The notes under the pieces were generated by a model. The model was given only the letters and a program-made list of their open reading frames with translations. It was not told where the DNA came from and ran no database searches. Below are positions 25,204 through 37,200 of a DNA stretch of 64,000 bases, one piece after another. Position numbers and translations under genes: made by a program. The DNA comes from Ophelia neglecta. Lineage: Eukaryota. Position 1 is the first letter of the stretch. Every line of letters starts with the position of its first letter. The DNA lies in assembly GCA_965285935.1 (NCBI GenBank), contig OZ260663.1, positions 56,358,001 to 56,422,000 on the forward strand. Reading direction: 5' to 3'.

Positions 25204-28200
25204 CTATACATAGACAGTCAATTCTTCTTGGTCTTTGTCCGTAGAGCCATTTGGATGTTCTTTACTGTCCTCAAGCTGGTCTTCTGTTGGTTCTGACTTT
25301 CTTGTAAGACTTGGAGAGGCTGATTTGCGGTCTGATTTGCCAGGTTGGGATAGTGCGCGTTTGACCGGATCAGCTGAAAATAGTTTTTTGTCTATAGCAG
25401 GTTTTTTAAGAAAATGTGTAGGTACCAGGAACATCACTTAAGAAGAGGTTACAAATGATGAAATAATACGAGATAAACATTCTTAGCTTTCCTTACTTTT
25501 TTGATACTCAAAAGATTTTATTTTAGCTGTGGTTTTACAAAGTTCATCTGTGTTACTGAATTCAGTTGGAAGTGCCTCACAATGGGTACCGTTAATTCCC
25601 TAATAGAAGCTGCACCTATTGGTGATTTTGGAATTTGTTGATGCAGAGGTATAAGACAAATTTTAACACCCACGACATGTCAAAGCACTGGAACCTTTCC
25701 TGCTTATGTACATGTGTGAATGGATTGTGTTTTCAAGAATAATATAGGTTAATGGACCCTGGACTGTGAGGCTTGTTAACTGCAATCGGGGTAGGTACCT
25801 GGGCCGTGCCTGGGTATGCCAGACTTCAAAGGAACTTCTGTTAACATCTTATCGGAGTGGTTGTGGGTTTTTATATCTTGTATTTCCACACATATAAGGC
25901 TTTTGTTAATGCATCTTATAAAAGGGTTTTCAGAAGTCAGGTATGAAAAAAAAATCCATAACTATTGACTGAAAAGGGGTGTGACTACTAATAGAGATGA
26001 GTCTTCAATTAGGGAGTCTACGGTGAATACTCTGTGGATTTTAATACCAAATACATTGTTTCTGTTAAAAAAAAAACCTGGTACAAAAGTTCGATATCTT
26101 AATTTCTTTATTAACATATCTATTTGGTTCTTAGTGACCATACCATATCTAGTTTCCTGCCTAGTTTCATTCGATACCTCCTTACCTGAGCGCTCACTGG
26201 TGGAATCCCTGGGAAGAGTGGAAGACTTGCGGCTGGTTGGAGAGCCACCCTCTTGTGGTTGCTCGTTGCGGTTTTGGTCCAGTAATGCAGCCATTCTTTC
26301 TTTGACTGACAGTCTTTTTTTGTTTGAACCATCACTTGTAGTGTCTATTACTTTTCCATCTTCTGATTTTATTTCTGCTGTTGGGGAATTACTTTTTGGG
26401 GGGGCGTTACTACTAGCATCTTTCTCATCTACTGCATCTGAAATATATGAAAAGAAAGAAAGTTTATAAGATGAAAGTAGGCGCCATTTTGCTCTGGCAA
26501 GATTTGGAGCCAGTTTTGTAGATGAATAATAAAGAATGTGAGAGAGGATTAGTTGTAATATGAAGAGGTTATTATGGTAATCTACAGAAGGATGGGAAGA
26601 GTTCATTCATGATTTAACTTAGAAATTACATCCAAAACATGTAAATTAGATCCAAAACATGTAAGAAAACATGATATTTACACACAACTTCACAAAATAC
26701 AATGTACAATAACTAAAATATTTAACTTAAAGTGGTATACAAAAAGATAGGTTCAAAATACAATGTTGTAATAAATAGTGCCTCCTTTGGATCTGTTTTC
26801 AATAAAACACACAAGATATTCTATCATGCTTTTTGTCTCTGGACAATAACTAACGTTGGTAAAGCAGAGATCACTTTTATAGCTGGACAACAAAAACCTA
26901 GATCTAAAAACATCAACACAAAATACAAGACAGAGTCAGACATACATCAGTTTAATGTTTTAATTAATGCCAAATGAAGCTGAACTCAACCAAGGAGGTG
27001 CCTGCCTGGCTTTCACTTAAATGACAACACATATCAATTGTTTTTGTGGCATAATTCTTACCTTGGAATTGTTTCAGGTATTGCCTTACTGTTTCAGAAA
27101 TATGTTTTATTTTTACAAAATCAAAGAAAGTCATAGAGGACAGCAAGAAAGCCTACCATTGCAACATTTTACCATGAACAGAAAGGGAGTAATTTTCACC
27201 TAAAGTTGAACTAAGTGTGTGTTGGTTTATAAAGGATTTTATGCTAAAGTAATAGCAAATTCAAATATATCGAAATTGTCAAATATATTTGTAAATCATG
27301 ACCTGTGTGCTAAACATAGGCTTAAAGTTTATGTAATAGATGTTTTCTTTAAGGAGGGAGATAGGTGGGAGTTTTCATACCATTTATACGTAATATCTTA
27401 ATAAATAACCATTTTTACTTATTATTATTAAGGTTTCAAATTTTTTTTTCTTAAAAAAGGGTGAAATCCTCAAGAGAGTGTTTATGTACAATATGCAGCC
27501 ATAATATAATTTATAACCAATTTATAATTTCAGAATCAGATTCTTGACACTTCTGTTATTATTTCTGCAGTACTAACCTGAGAATCCTCGGGACAGTTTG
27601 GCTATGGACCAATATGGCAACAAGTTAGTCATTCAATAAAAACAGATATTAAATGAAGGTAAACCTTCCATGTATGTCAAGCCATAAAAAAAACACAGAG
27701 TACAACTCCGAATTGTTATGATATGCACAGACCTGCTTATTATCTGTGTACAATAAACATTTAACTAGAACATAACCTTACTAAGTAACTACTCAAAAGA
27801 TATGTACTCTGATAAAATCGGAGCAGTTTAACATTCTACATTTTCTAAATTGTTAAATATTTTAATCAGATAATCACAGCATGGTGAGTATAGAGTATCC
27901 TTGTTATTTATATTGCATCTAATTAAGATATCTGTACTAAGACAGACACCTCCCACTTACCTGGTTTATGTGGTGTAGCCGGCAGATTTCTACTTGTCCT
28001 AGCCGCTGGTGTAGGAGAATCACTGGTAACAGGAGTTGATGGAGTGGCTGTAGATGGTGGCCCTGTACTAGCCGTGCTGGGACTCCCTGCAGAGGAGCCT
28101 ACTAGACGGGGTTTGGGAGGGGGGCGAGGGGGTGCCCGGGGTTTAGTCAGACCTAATGATGATCTGTTACTGCCATCTGTCTCATCTGAAGAAGACATTT

Positions 28201-31200
28201 GTCAAAAGGTTACACAATACAGTGGTCCCTGCGATGTAGGGCCCCGCAGACAGCTTTTGAACACTATAGGTTCCATTTGGGAATGTAAGCCAACACTTTT
28301 TTTATCTTTTTACAAATATACATTCTATTAAACTTCATGCAATACTGTTGGGATATTCATTAATAGTTATAATCTCCTCAGGCCTAATTGATTGGACTGA
28401 CCTTGAGCAGTGGTTCCAGCGCCAGGGGACGAGGTCCTGGTGACTGGGACAGGCCTCACAGATGTCTCTGTGGCTTCCTTGGTGGTTTCCTTGGTGGTGG
28501 GTAACAAGGGCCTAGAGCTTGGGACTGGGCGACCAGCGGGCTTTGGGACCTCTTTGTCCTCTGTACTCTGATAGACATAATATAATACATTATTTTACTA
28601 TTTTATTTCACACAGGAAACAAAATGTACAAACAAGGGATTTAGATATGCAAGCCCCCCACAAGATAACCCCCCCCCCCCTCTTCCACCCTAATTATCCC
28701 TCATTGGTCTTCATTAACAGTACTTGTAGTAAACTTGTACATGTGTAATAACAATGACAGCAAAAAAAGGTGGGGACCAGAAGGTCTCCTTGAAATGTTA
28801 TTAGTGAATTTGGTAATAACTGAAAAACAACCTTTTGGTTTAATACGGACTCCCTTTTTCTCCTCATTTCCGCCATAAGGGCTGCCCCTCCTCCAGCTCC
28901 TAGGCCCATACCCGGCATGGCCATTCTGGGCACTCGAGGGGTAGGCCGCACTGGCTCGTCTACCTCATCTGAAAAACACAAAGACTTATAACTCAGTTTG
29001 AAATAGAAGAAAGGCTTTCAAACCTTAGTTAAATACTACACTCATATATATACAGCATCACATTAGAATAACATTCAACAACGTTGACAAATGGGCGACT
29101 CCCATATATGGGCAGTGAAGGTAAGTCCTTTGGTATAGGGGAGCTTTCTCATCTATCAAATGGGTTTCTGTCACATTTAGGCTATCAAATGGGTCCCTTA
29201 TTTCCAATTTGAATTCTGATTTAGAAATCATCAAATGGGTTATTTGTATACATATTAAACGGGTTTAAATTGCGACATGAAAGACCAAATTGACAATACT
29301 GGAAAGGGTAGTATTTTTTGAGATTTCTTTTTCTATCTAAGGGTTGCTAATTGAGGTTACTTTTTTATCAAAAGGAAAGCTGGACGATTTTATATCAAAT
29401 GGGTAGGTTTATGGGGACTTTCAATCATACTGACCCTCATTTTCAACCCTGAGTGGAGGTCCCCCACCCTAAAACGTTTTAGAATAGGAATAACTCTTGA
29501 AACAATATTGAACTCAAGGAAAAAAGATCTACTGTATACCTGAAAACTTTCACAATTATGAACTCTACAGTAATTAATATTCGGATTTTTAGGTTAAACG
29601 ACACATAAGTCCCAAAAATCCAACAATTAGAATATAATTGTAATGTTATTGTTTCATTGGTACTACAATTCGGAAAGCTGATATTTTCCCAAAATAAGAT
29701 TTGAAAGTATATAAACCTTTTTCCGTCTCCTCCTCAGCCATTTTTGCAGCTTTTTGCTTGTCCAATACATTCTCCTTAGAACTCCTTGCTGGCTCTCCGC
29801 GTCGGAAGCTTGGCTCCGGTTCCTTTTCTGGACTTAAAATGGGCTTGACAGGCTCCAAAATTTTGGCAGTGTGTGTCGGGGACTTTTTGAATAATTTGCT
29901 TAGCCTGAAAATTAATAAAAGTATGCAAAACACCTACTTAGAACAATGCAATTATTGAATAGTTTCTAAATCAAAGACAATATTACCATAGGCATGTTGC
30001 TCGGCTTTGAAAGCCTTGCATGCAAATTCTTTTTAAGTGTTCCAATCAATAAAATATTAATATAGGATTTTTTGGCTTAACAGGTAAAGCTACCACATGG
30101 CCCTGAAATTCAGTTTTGTCCTGGAAAAAGTGGTCAAAGTCAAATTGCAGCTAATGTAGAGTAGACTCATTCCATGCTGTTTTGTATAATGCTGGTTTCA
30201 AAACCATACATAAAATGATCATAATAATAGTAATAATAACTAGGCAGGGTAACCCTGTGAAATGTCCACATTCCTAAACCATCAGTTATACGGGTTATTG
30301 AGTATCAGCAAAAGTATACAGGTTCTGTTACTATGGCAACTAAATAAGTTTTTTTTATTACACCACCAGTCTTTGTTTGTTCTAGCAGAGAGTTCAGCAT
30401 TCCCAAGGTTTCCATGGAATCACTCCATGGAGAAGCTAACAACTAGTTTCACATCATCATAATAACATAAGCTGTCCAAATGCAACCAATCTGGCCTCAC
30501 AAACTGAACCATAAAGCCCCAGCTAGCTGGGAAAGCTATGCAAACTGATGGCTAGACAGTAAATGGCTGATTCTCACTTCAAAAACTGCATAATATGCAA
30601 TAGTATAGTTACCTAGAAGATTCCAGTTAAGTTCAAAGTTTTAGCTGATAAAACATTGGCAGAAATCATGATTTTTCTATTTGTCCCTCAAAATGGACCC
30701 CAACATCAAATTGGAGAATTCTATAAAATGCTCAAGACATACATCCTTATAGGCTTCCATTCTGGATCAAAGTGATCCAGCCAATACTAATTTGTTATAC
30801 TACTTACTTATACTACTTTGATACACTACTTATACATACTACTTACCTATATTACTTAAATAAGTTACTTCATATCTTACTTTATAAATAACTTTATATT
30901 ACTTGTGGAAGGCAGACAATATGTCAAATAATATATCCCCCTACTAGAGGGGACATAATTAGTTTACTGCCCCCCTAAGTACAAAAAGAATAGCATGTAT
31001 ATATAATTCATCCAAATATGAACATATAAGAAAAGATTAAAGAAAAAAAAAAGTGAATGTATAATATAAACCAAGACAGAACAAAGTAATCTTAAAAAGC
31101 TAAATTAGGCTACACATAGAAGTCACGAGGATGTTTTTATAAACTTACATAATAATATTACCCCCAGTAGTTGCAAGCCTTTTTCTAAAAGTAAGAAGAT

Positions 31201-34200
31201 ATTTTGAACAACTAACAAACCATCTTTACACAATCTTACCTAACAATTATAAAAAAAATATATTAATAAGCAAAATATACAAAAATAACAGAAATGAGTT
31301 GAGACAATACGCATGAAAAGAACATGCCCAAAAGCGACAGGAGGCCCAACACCACAGAGTTCCAAAGCAATGCCACCCCCATCGAACAATATGGGATCCC
31401 ATTTTGGCATTCAGCGTATGCATTCCCAACACCTCATAACTCAGGGGCCAGAGTTGTAAACGCCGGTACCAAATATTAATCTCTAGATTACCAATCAGAA
31501 AAAGAGAACTATTTCGGTCTGTGTATATACATGAATATTGTATATGTAAATGGGTGGAAATCCATGCCTAAATTTATGTTTTGTGAATTTAAAATATATT
31601 CGTCAATTATACATTTATCTCATATATTAAAAGATTAAAGCATAAGGGCCTACTGTATATCAATCTGAGAGAGGAAAAGAAACAAGGCAGCCATCTGTTT
31701 TAAAGAGTAAAATTGGATGTGAAAGATTACTGAGAACCTAAAAAATTCAGAAAAAAATAGGAAAAAGCATTACCCTTTATTGTCACTAAATGGGGACCAT
31801 CCTTTCTTCTTTTCTGGCTTTCTGCAGCAGAGTGAAAGGAAAATATTACTTTTGTGAGAAGATAGTACAAATTAAAAGTCAAACAGGATAATTGAATGAT
31901 ACTGACAATCATGGCCAGGACAAGTTAATCAGATTAATAATAATTCAATTTCCTTTTAATACTTCATTTATAGTAACATAAATGTACATGTACTTTTGTG
32001 CTTTGTCAACAGAATTTTGTTTGCCGACTGCATTGTTTTGGTTATTCTCTGTCACAGAGTGTGCCTTAGCTACTGGTTTGCTGGTAAAGAAATCCTTCAT
32101 GGCAGCACTGTTCTCCTCATCATCATCCTCGGCAATAATGGCCTCCGTCTTAGCTATTGGGCGTCTAGCAGCATGTGTTTTATTGCGTTTTGGTCTGTTT
32201 TTGGCCAAGTGGGAGAGTCCACTGACAGGTTTCATTGCAGGCAGGTCAACTGCTTCACCATTAGACACCTTTGTGGGTTTTTTCTTGACCTCAACAACTG
32301 ATGTGTTCTCTGAAGAATAACATGAGGAAAGTTTTTGCAGGTGTTGTATGCCATGAGGCTGTGACAACAATTGTATACATATTGGGTTAACAGTGTAATA
32401 CACATTAAATCACAGAAATGCTTCCTAAATATTATATGAGAAAATGTCTCAACTAGGATTGAATTATTTTAAACATTATTAGTCATCATGCATATCTATG
32501 TTAAGGCATGAAGGTGTAAGTCTTATTGTTGAATCAAGTACGCTTTGAGCAAAATACAATTAAGAAATGCATTCTTTAAATAATCTCTGAAGTAAACTAC
32601 AACTGGCTAAAGGAAATAAAGTTTATTACCACCAAATCATGTTTTGAAGCACCTTTTTTGAAACAATCATGCTAATATAAGGTGGCACACAGATGCCCCT
32701 AAGTATGTACCAAGATACCCTTAACGAGGTGACAAGAAACTGTCACAAATTGGCCAGTTTATTCTAATGAATTCCTATGCTTTCATTTTGAAGTTGAACC
32801 CCTCATGAAAGACTTCTTCACTTACTAACACAATTTACCAGGTCTCTCACAGGGGTTCCACTTCAACTCCACATTCTGAATTCATAATAGCACAGAATCT
32901 TTTTCAAGTAAATTTACCCCACTCAATTAACTGAAGGATTTCCTTATAATAAATTTCTGTTGCCATGGAAACTAAACATTTTCATATTTCTTCCAAAAGT
33001 CGATCAGTACATGGCCAAGTACAGACGCTTCATTCTAGTTAAGTTCAGCACTTTACCTTTCTTTACTGTTTGCTGTTATGTACCGATGAGCATAGGTAAG
33101 CTAAACATTAGTAAGTTTGTAAAGGTACCCTTGAAATTTCCGAGTCCCAAGCACATAACAAAAAAATGCCAATACAATAGGTTCCAGTGGCGGTAGCAGG
33201 ATTATTAGCTTGCCTTGGGGCCCACAATTGTCACACAAATTTGGTTTTCAAAAAAAGGTGGATGGTATAAAAAATAATTGATTATTGTATACTCAGATGA
33301 GGGAACACCTTAAAATGGCAGTGTACATGACTGACACCTACCCCTGCTGTCCGGGCTGCCTGCTGTGCTGCCATCTGTCAGGTCGGTAGACTCTGTCAGG
33401 CTCACTTCCTCACTTTTGTCACTCCCTTTCTCTAACATATCTGATAAGCTGGGAGCTAGAAATGGAGAACAAGTCATCTATCACAAGGGGCTTTACCAGT
33501 AAGTAGCAAATGTGACAGAAAACTAAACCAAAAAGCACCAAAAGGGTTAACTAGCAAGAACTATTATGTGAGATACAAAAGAGGTGCTGAGCGGGTGGGA
33601 GAAGCAAAGCTGTCACTGTAGTTGATTTATCAAAGAAGCGTGTATGTATTATTGGTTTTCTACAGAGCTACACTGTCAAGCAGTATAGGGACACTATTCA
33701 ATAAACCTTATTTCTGTTAAGTTACTTTTCTAATAGGCTTTAGCTGAAGTCAGGTTTAAATCGAGTGGCTGTGAGACTTTGTTTCACCGAGTATGCAGCC
33801 TTTGGCCACTTACAAAGGGCACGATTGTTTTTTAGGGTTTTCTCACTTTTATTTGGCACAGTTTCCTCTACACCATCCTCTGATTCTAGGATAGGCTCCA
33901 CATGCGACCTCTCACCATGCTTTCCCTTGTAGGGGGGAGACTCCTTCTTTGTTATAGAAAAGCTGGGTGCAGCAGAGTGGCGACTAGCCTTCGGCCGTCT
34001 TGGGGCAGGCACAGGAGGGGGTTGGTCATCCTCGACAGTACCTACTGACTTGGACAACTCCTTGGTTTGGAAATCTAAGGGTTTGGGATCTATGCCGGGT
34101 ACACTAGAATCACTCATTTTATCTGTCTTTTTCACTTCCCCAACATCTGTGTATAAAACAGTACCCACCAGATTTAGTATTAATAACAGTTAGTAAAAAG

Positions 34201-37200
34201 CAGTTAAAAAAGCTGACACCCATTGGCAGACAAGTTTAAAATAAAAATATTTGAATAGAGTGCTTGCAAAAAAACAACAGCAGTGTAAACTAGCCCAGAA
34301 ATTCACCAGATCCCAAAACCAAATTTGAAGGAACTATAATTCTGTTGTACAATACAAATGTACATGTTCATATCTACAGAGAAACTCTATATATATATAA
34401 TATTAAATATCAGTAAAAAAAAATTACCATTTACTTGTATACCAAATCAGGGATAAGCTTGTGTTACAAATGTGAAAGCTTCTAAAATTGTATGCAGCTT
34501 CAGTGCAATGTTAGTTCAACAGTGTCATCTTCATTTGTGCATCAAGTGAAAAAATACAATCAAATCATTTCACAGAATCAATCATGGGCACATCATGTCA
34601 CTCACCAATTAAATTGAACAAAGCCCCTACCTATTGAAGAAACAGGTCGCCGCCGAGTGTACAAACTCTTCCTCTTCAATGTCGTTAATTTAGTGTCACC
34701 CTGTAATACACGTTGAATATAGTGTTTATATGGCAACGACCATGATAAAGGAATATGCTGCTAAGATATCCACAGTAAAAACATTGAGCCTAAAAACATT
34801 GTTATTTTATCAGAATATGGTGTTTTGCTCACTGGAGGGATGGGGGTGTCCAGGTCAAAGGAATCCTCAGCCTCTCTCTGACGCAGAAGACTTTTCCGAA
34901 ATTCCTTGTCTTTATCTTCATCACTTTTCTCGCTAATTGATTTTTCACCGGTCGACTTCAAATGGTCAGACTGGTCAAAATATCACATAAAATGAGAAGA
35001 TACATGTAAACCTGTGACAAAATGAGTTCTCAATGTAATAGAATAGTCTAAACAAGATGCAAGTCATGAGAGTTACATTACAGTTCCGTGTCAGGCTATC
35101 CAGGACACATTCATGTAGTCCAAGTTAAGAAAAAGAAGGAAGAAGAATGACTACATTTTTATAGGAAGATTTCATGTCTGATTAATAGAAACATTTTAAA
35201 TGGTAATTGTACTCCTGCTGCATGGTCCACTGAACTGTCATAACTATGTAAGTTACATACTAACTTACACAAGGAAGAAAAATTCACAACCACAATTATA
35301 CCACTGTAATATATCCCAAACTGTCGTACACATGTACATGCACATTTATAGGCTTATAAGTTCGTCACATGTGCCTACATACAAACGCACATACAGCTTC
35401 TCAGCAAGTCAAAACAAAGGTGAGCTATCACTTCATATCTAACCTCTCAGCATACATTATTGATTTGCAAGCCATATTATTAATATCATGTATAGATTAG
35501 GTCACAGATAAAGCCTATTGCCAACAGGTTGGTCCCAGGCCAAAACTCAGTAGACCATGGTATAGAACACTTACCAATGTTTGTTGGCTTTTCTCGAGCG
35601 CTTCTATTACTCCATCAATCAGCTTGTCGGACATGTTCGCCGCAATTGAGAGGTTCAATTCACTGAAACAGCATATTATTCCACATTTACTTTCATTTAA
35701 AGACAAAGTGCAATATTTTTAAAGACACCATAGCACTTTTTACATGTAACTGCCCGTTAGGGGGATGCCATTGTGACAGTAAATAATGTACATATTTAAA
35801 TATAACAGAATACTATTTTGGGATGATTCATGCTAGGATAGCTGAGTGACAGTGTAATAGCCACAGGGTATAAGTGGTGTATTGAAAACATGATAGTGTA
35901 TATACATGTATACAAGGACATATTATAATAGTTGCACAAAACCACACCATCTGATCAATAGGGGTTTAAGGTTAATACCTGCTAGGTAATAGTAGTACAC
36001 ATTAAAAACAAATAAAACTAAGCTCTTGATCAAGTTCAAAGTACAAAATGTGAAAAAAGAAATGCTGTACTTTACACTTTTATAGATAATATCAGGTACT
36101 ATGACATTAACAGCAGTTTGTTCTTCATGATAGGCATTCGTGTATAGGTGCAAAAATATGCGAGTGGTAAAACGTTTACATTATTTGTAGCTTAGTACTT
36201 GAGCAACCTTAAATGATTTAAACAGCCTTAAAATAGGCACACAATAGGGATTGAAGAAAGGCCCATATTCCTCCCATATTGATATCCGTAAAGAAATGCC
36301 AGACAAACAAACAAACATCGTAAATAGTATGTGACCTCTCTCCTATCAAAACATACTTGACCGAGGAATAGTTAGACCAAGTCTCTATATCTGCCCCACT
36401 TATACTACAGACTCCTGCAGAAGCAGAAGCCCAAGGAACATTGGAACAGGTAGTAATCTTAGGGGACCAATCTGATACAGTGCAAGGGAGTGGGAAGGAG
36501 CTGCACTGATGGACAACAAGTCTAGTGATTATAGTAAGTCAATGACAACACATTAGGGAGGAGACAGGTTCCTCCCCTTTGTAAGGTACAAAGGACTTGA
36601 ACTCTATTATCAATGTTGTTTAGAATAAGATAAACTACTGGAAAATATGATCAGGGGCACAGGAGGTGGGGGATATCACCAATCAGGCATCCATCCATTC
36701 CTTACTTTATGGCAACTCAAAGATGTTGCCTGCAGTATTTGAGAACATCATCCAATGATTTGAGAAAGTCAAGATACAACTTCTTTGAGATCAAGTGAAC
36801 TTGTCAATTAAATTGTCTCATTTCAATGTATTGCCTCATCAGCATGAGTACCACTGTGACAATAATAATTTGGAAAAACGAAATTTCCCTTTTAGACTGG
36901 TTGGTTGTTTGGGGTTTTACGTGGCTTAAAATCATACATGGTCATATTGCCATTGTGCCTACTGTGCCTACTTGTGACTCTTTATAGTGCTGCCTCACTG
37001 GAGTCTGCCGAAGACACCAGAGAGGGAACCCCACCCAGTCATATTATACTGACACCGGGTTGATCAGTCCTAAACCTACAAATGCTGGGTGCCTGTCAGG
37101 GGAGCTATCAGTACCTATTTTTATGTCTTGGGTTTGACTTGATCGAGATTTGAACCCCAATTTACCACCTGCGAGGTGGATGCCCTAACAACTTGGCCAC

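Noticed and set aside
25981-26469. 162-aa plus-strand ORF (also 16173-16568, 16680-16997, 28044-28331, 31982-32320)
   Set aside because: Antisense shadows of real CARMIL or NOX5 exons.
30612-30645. Possible 32-nt micro-exon with AG|GTAACT donor in a CARMIL intron
   Set aside because: Frameshifting and begins with an in-frame stop; no independent support.
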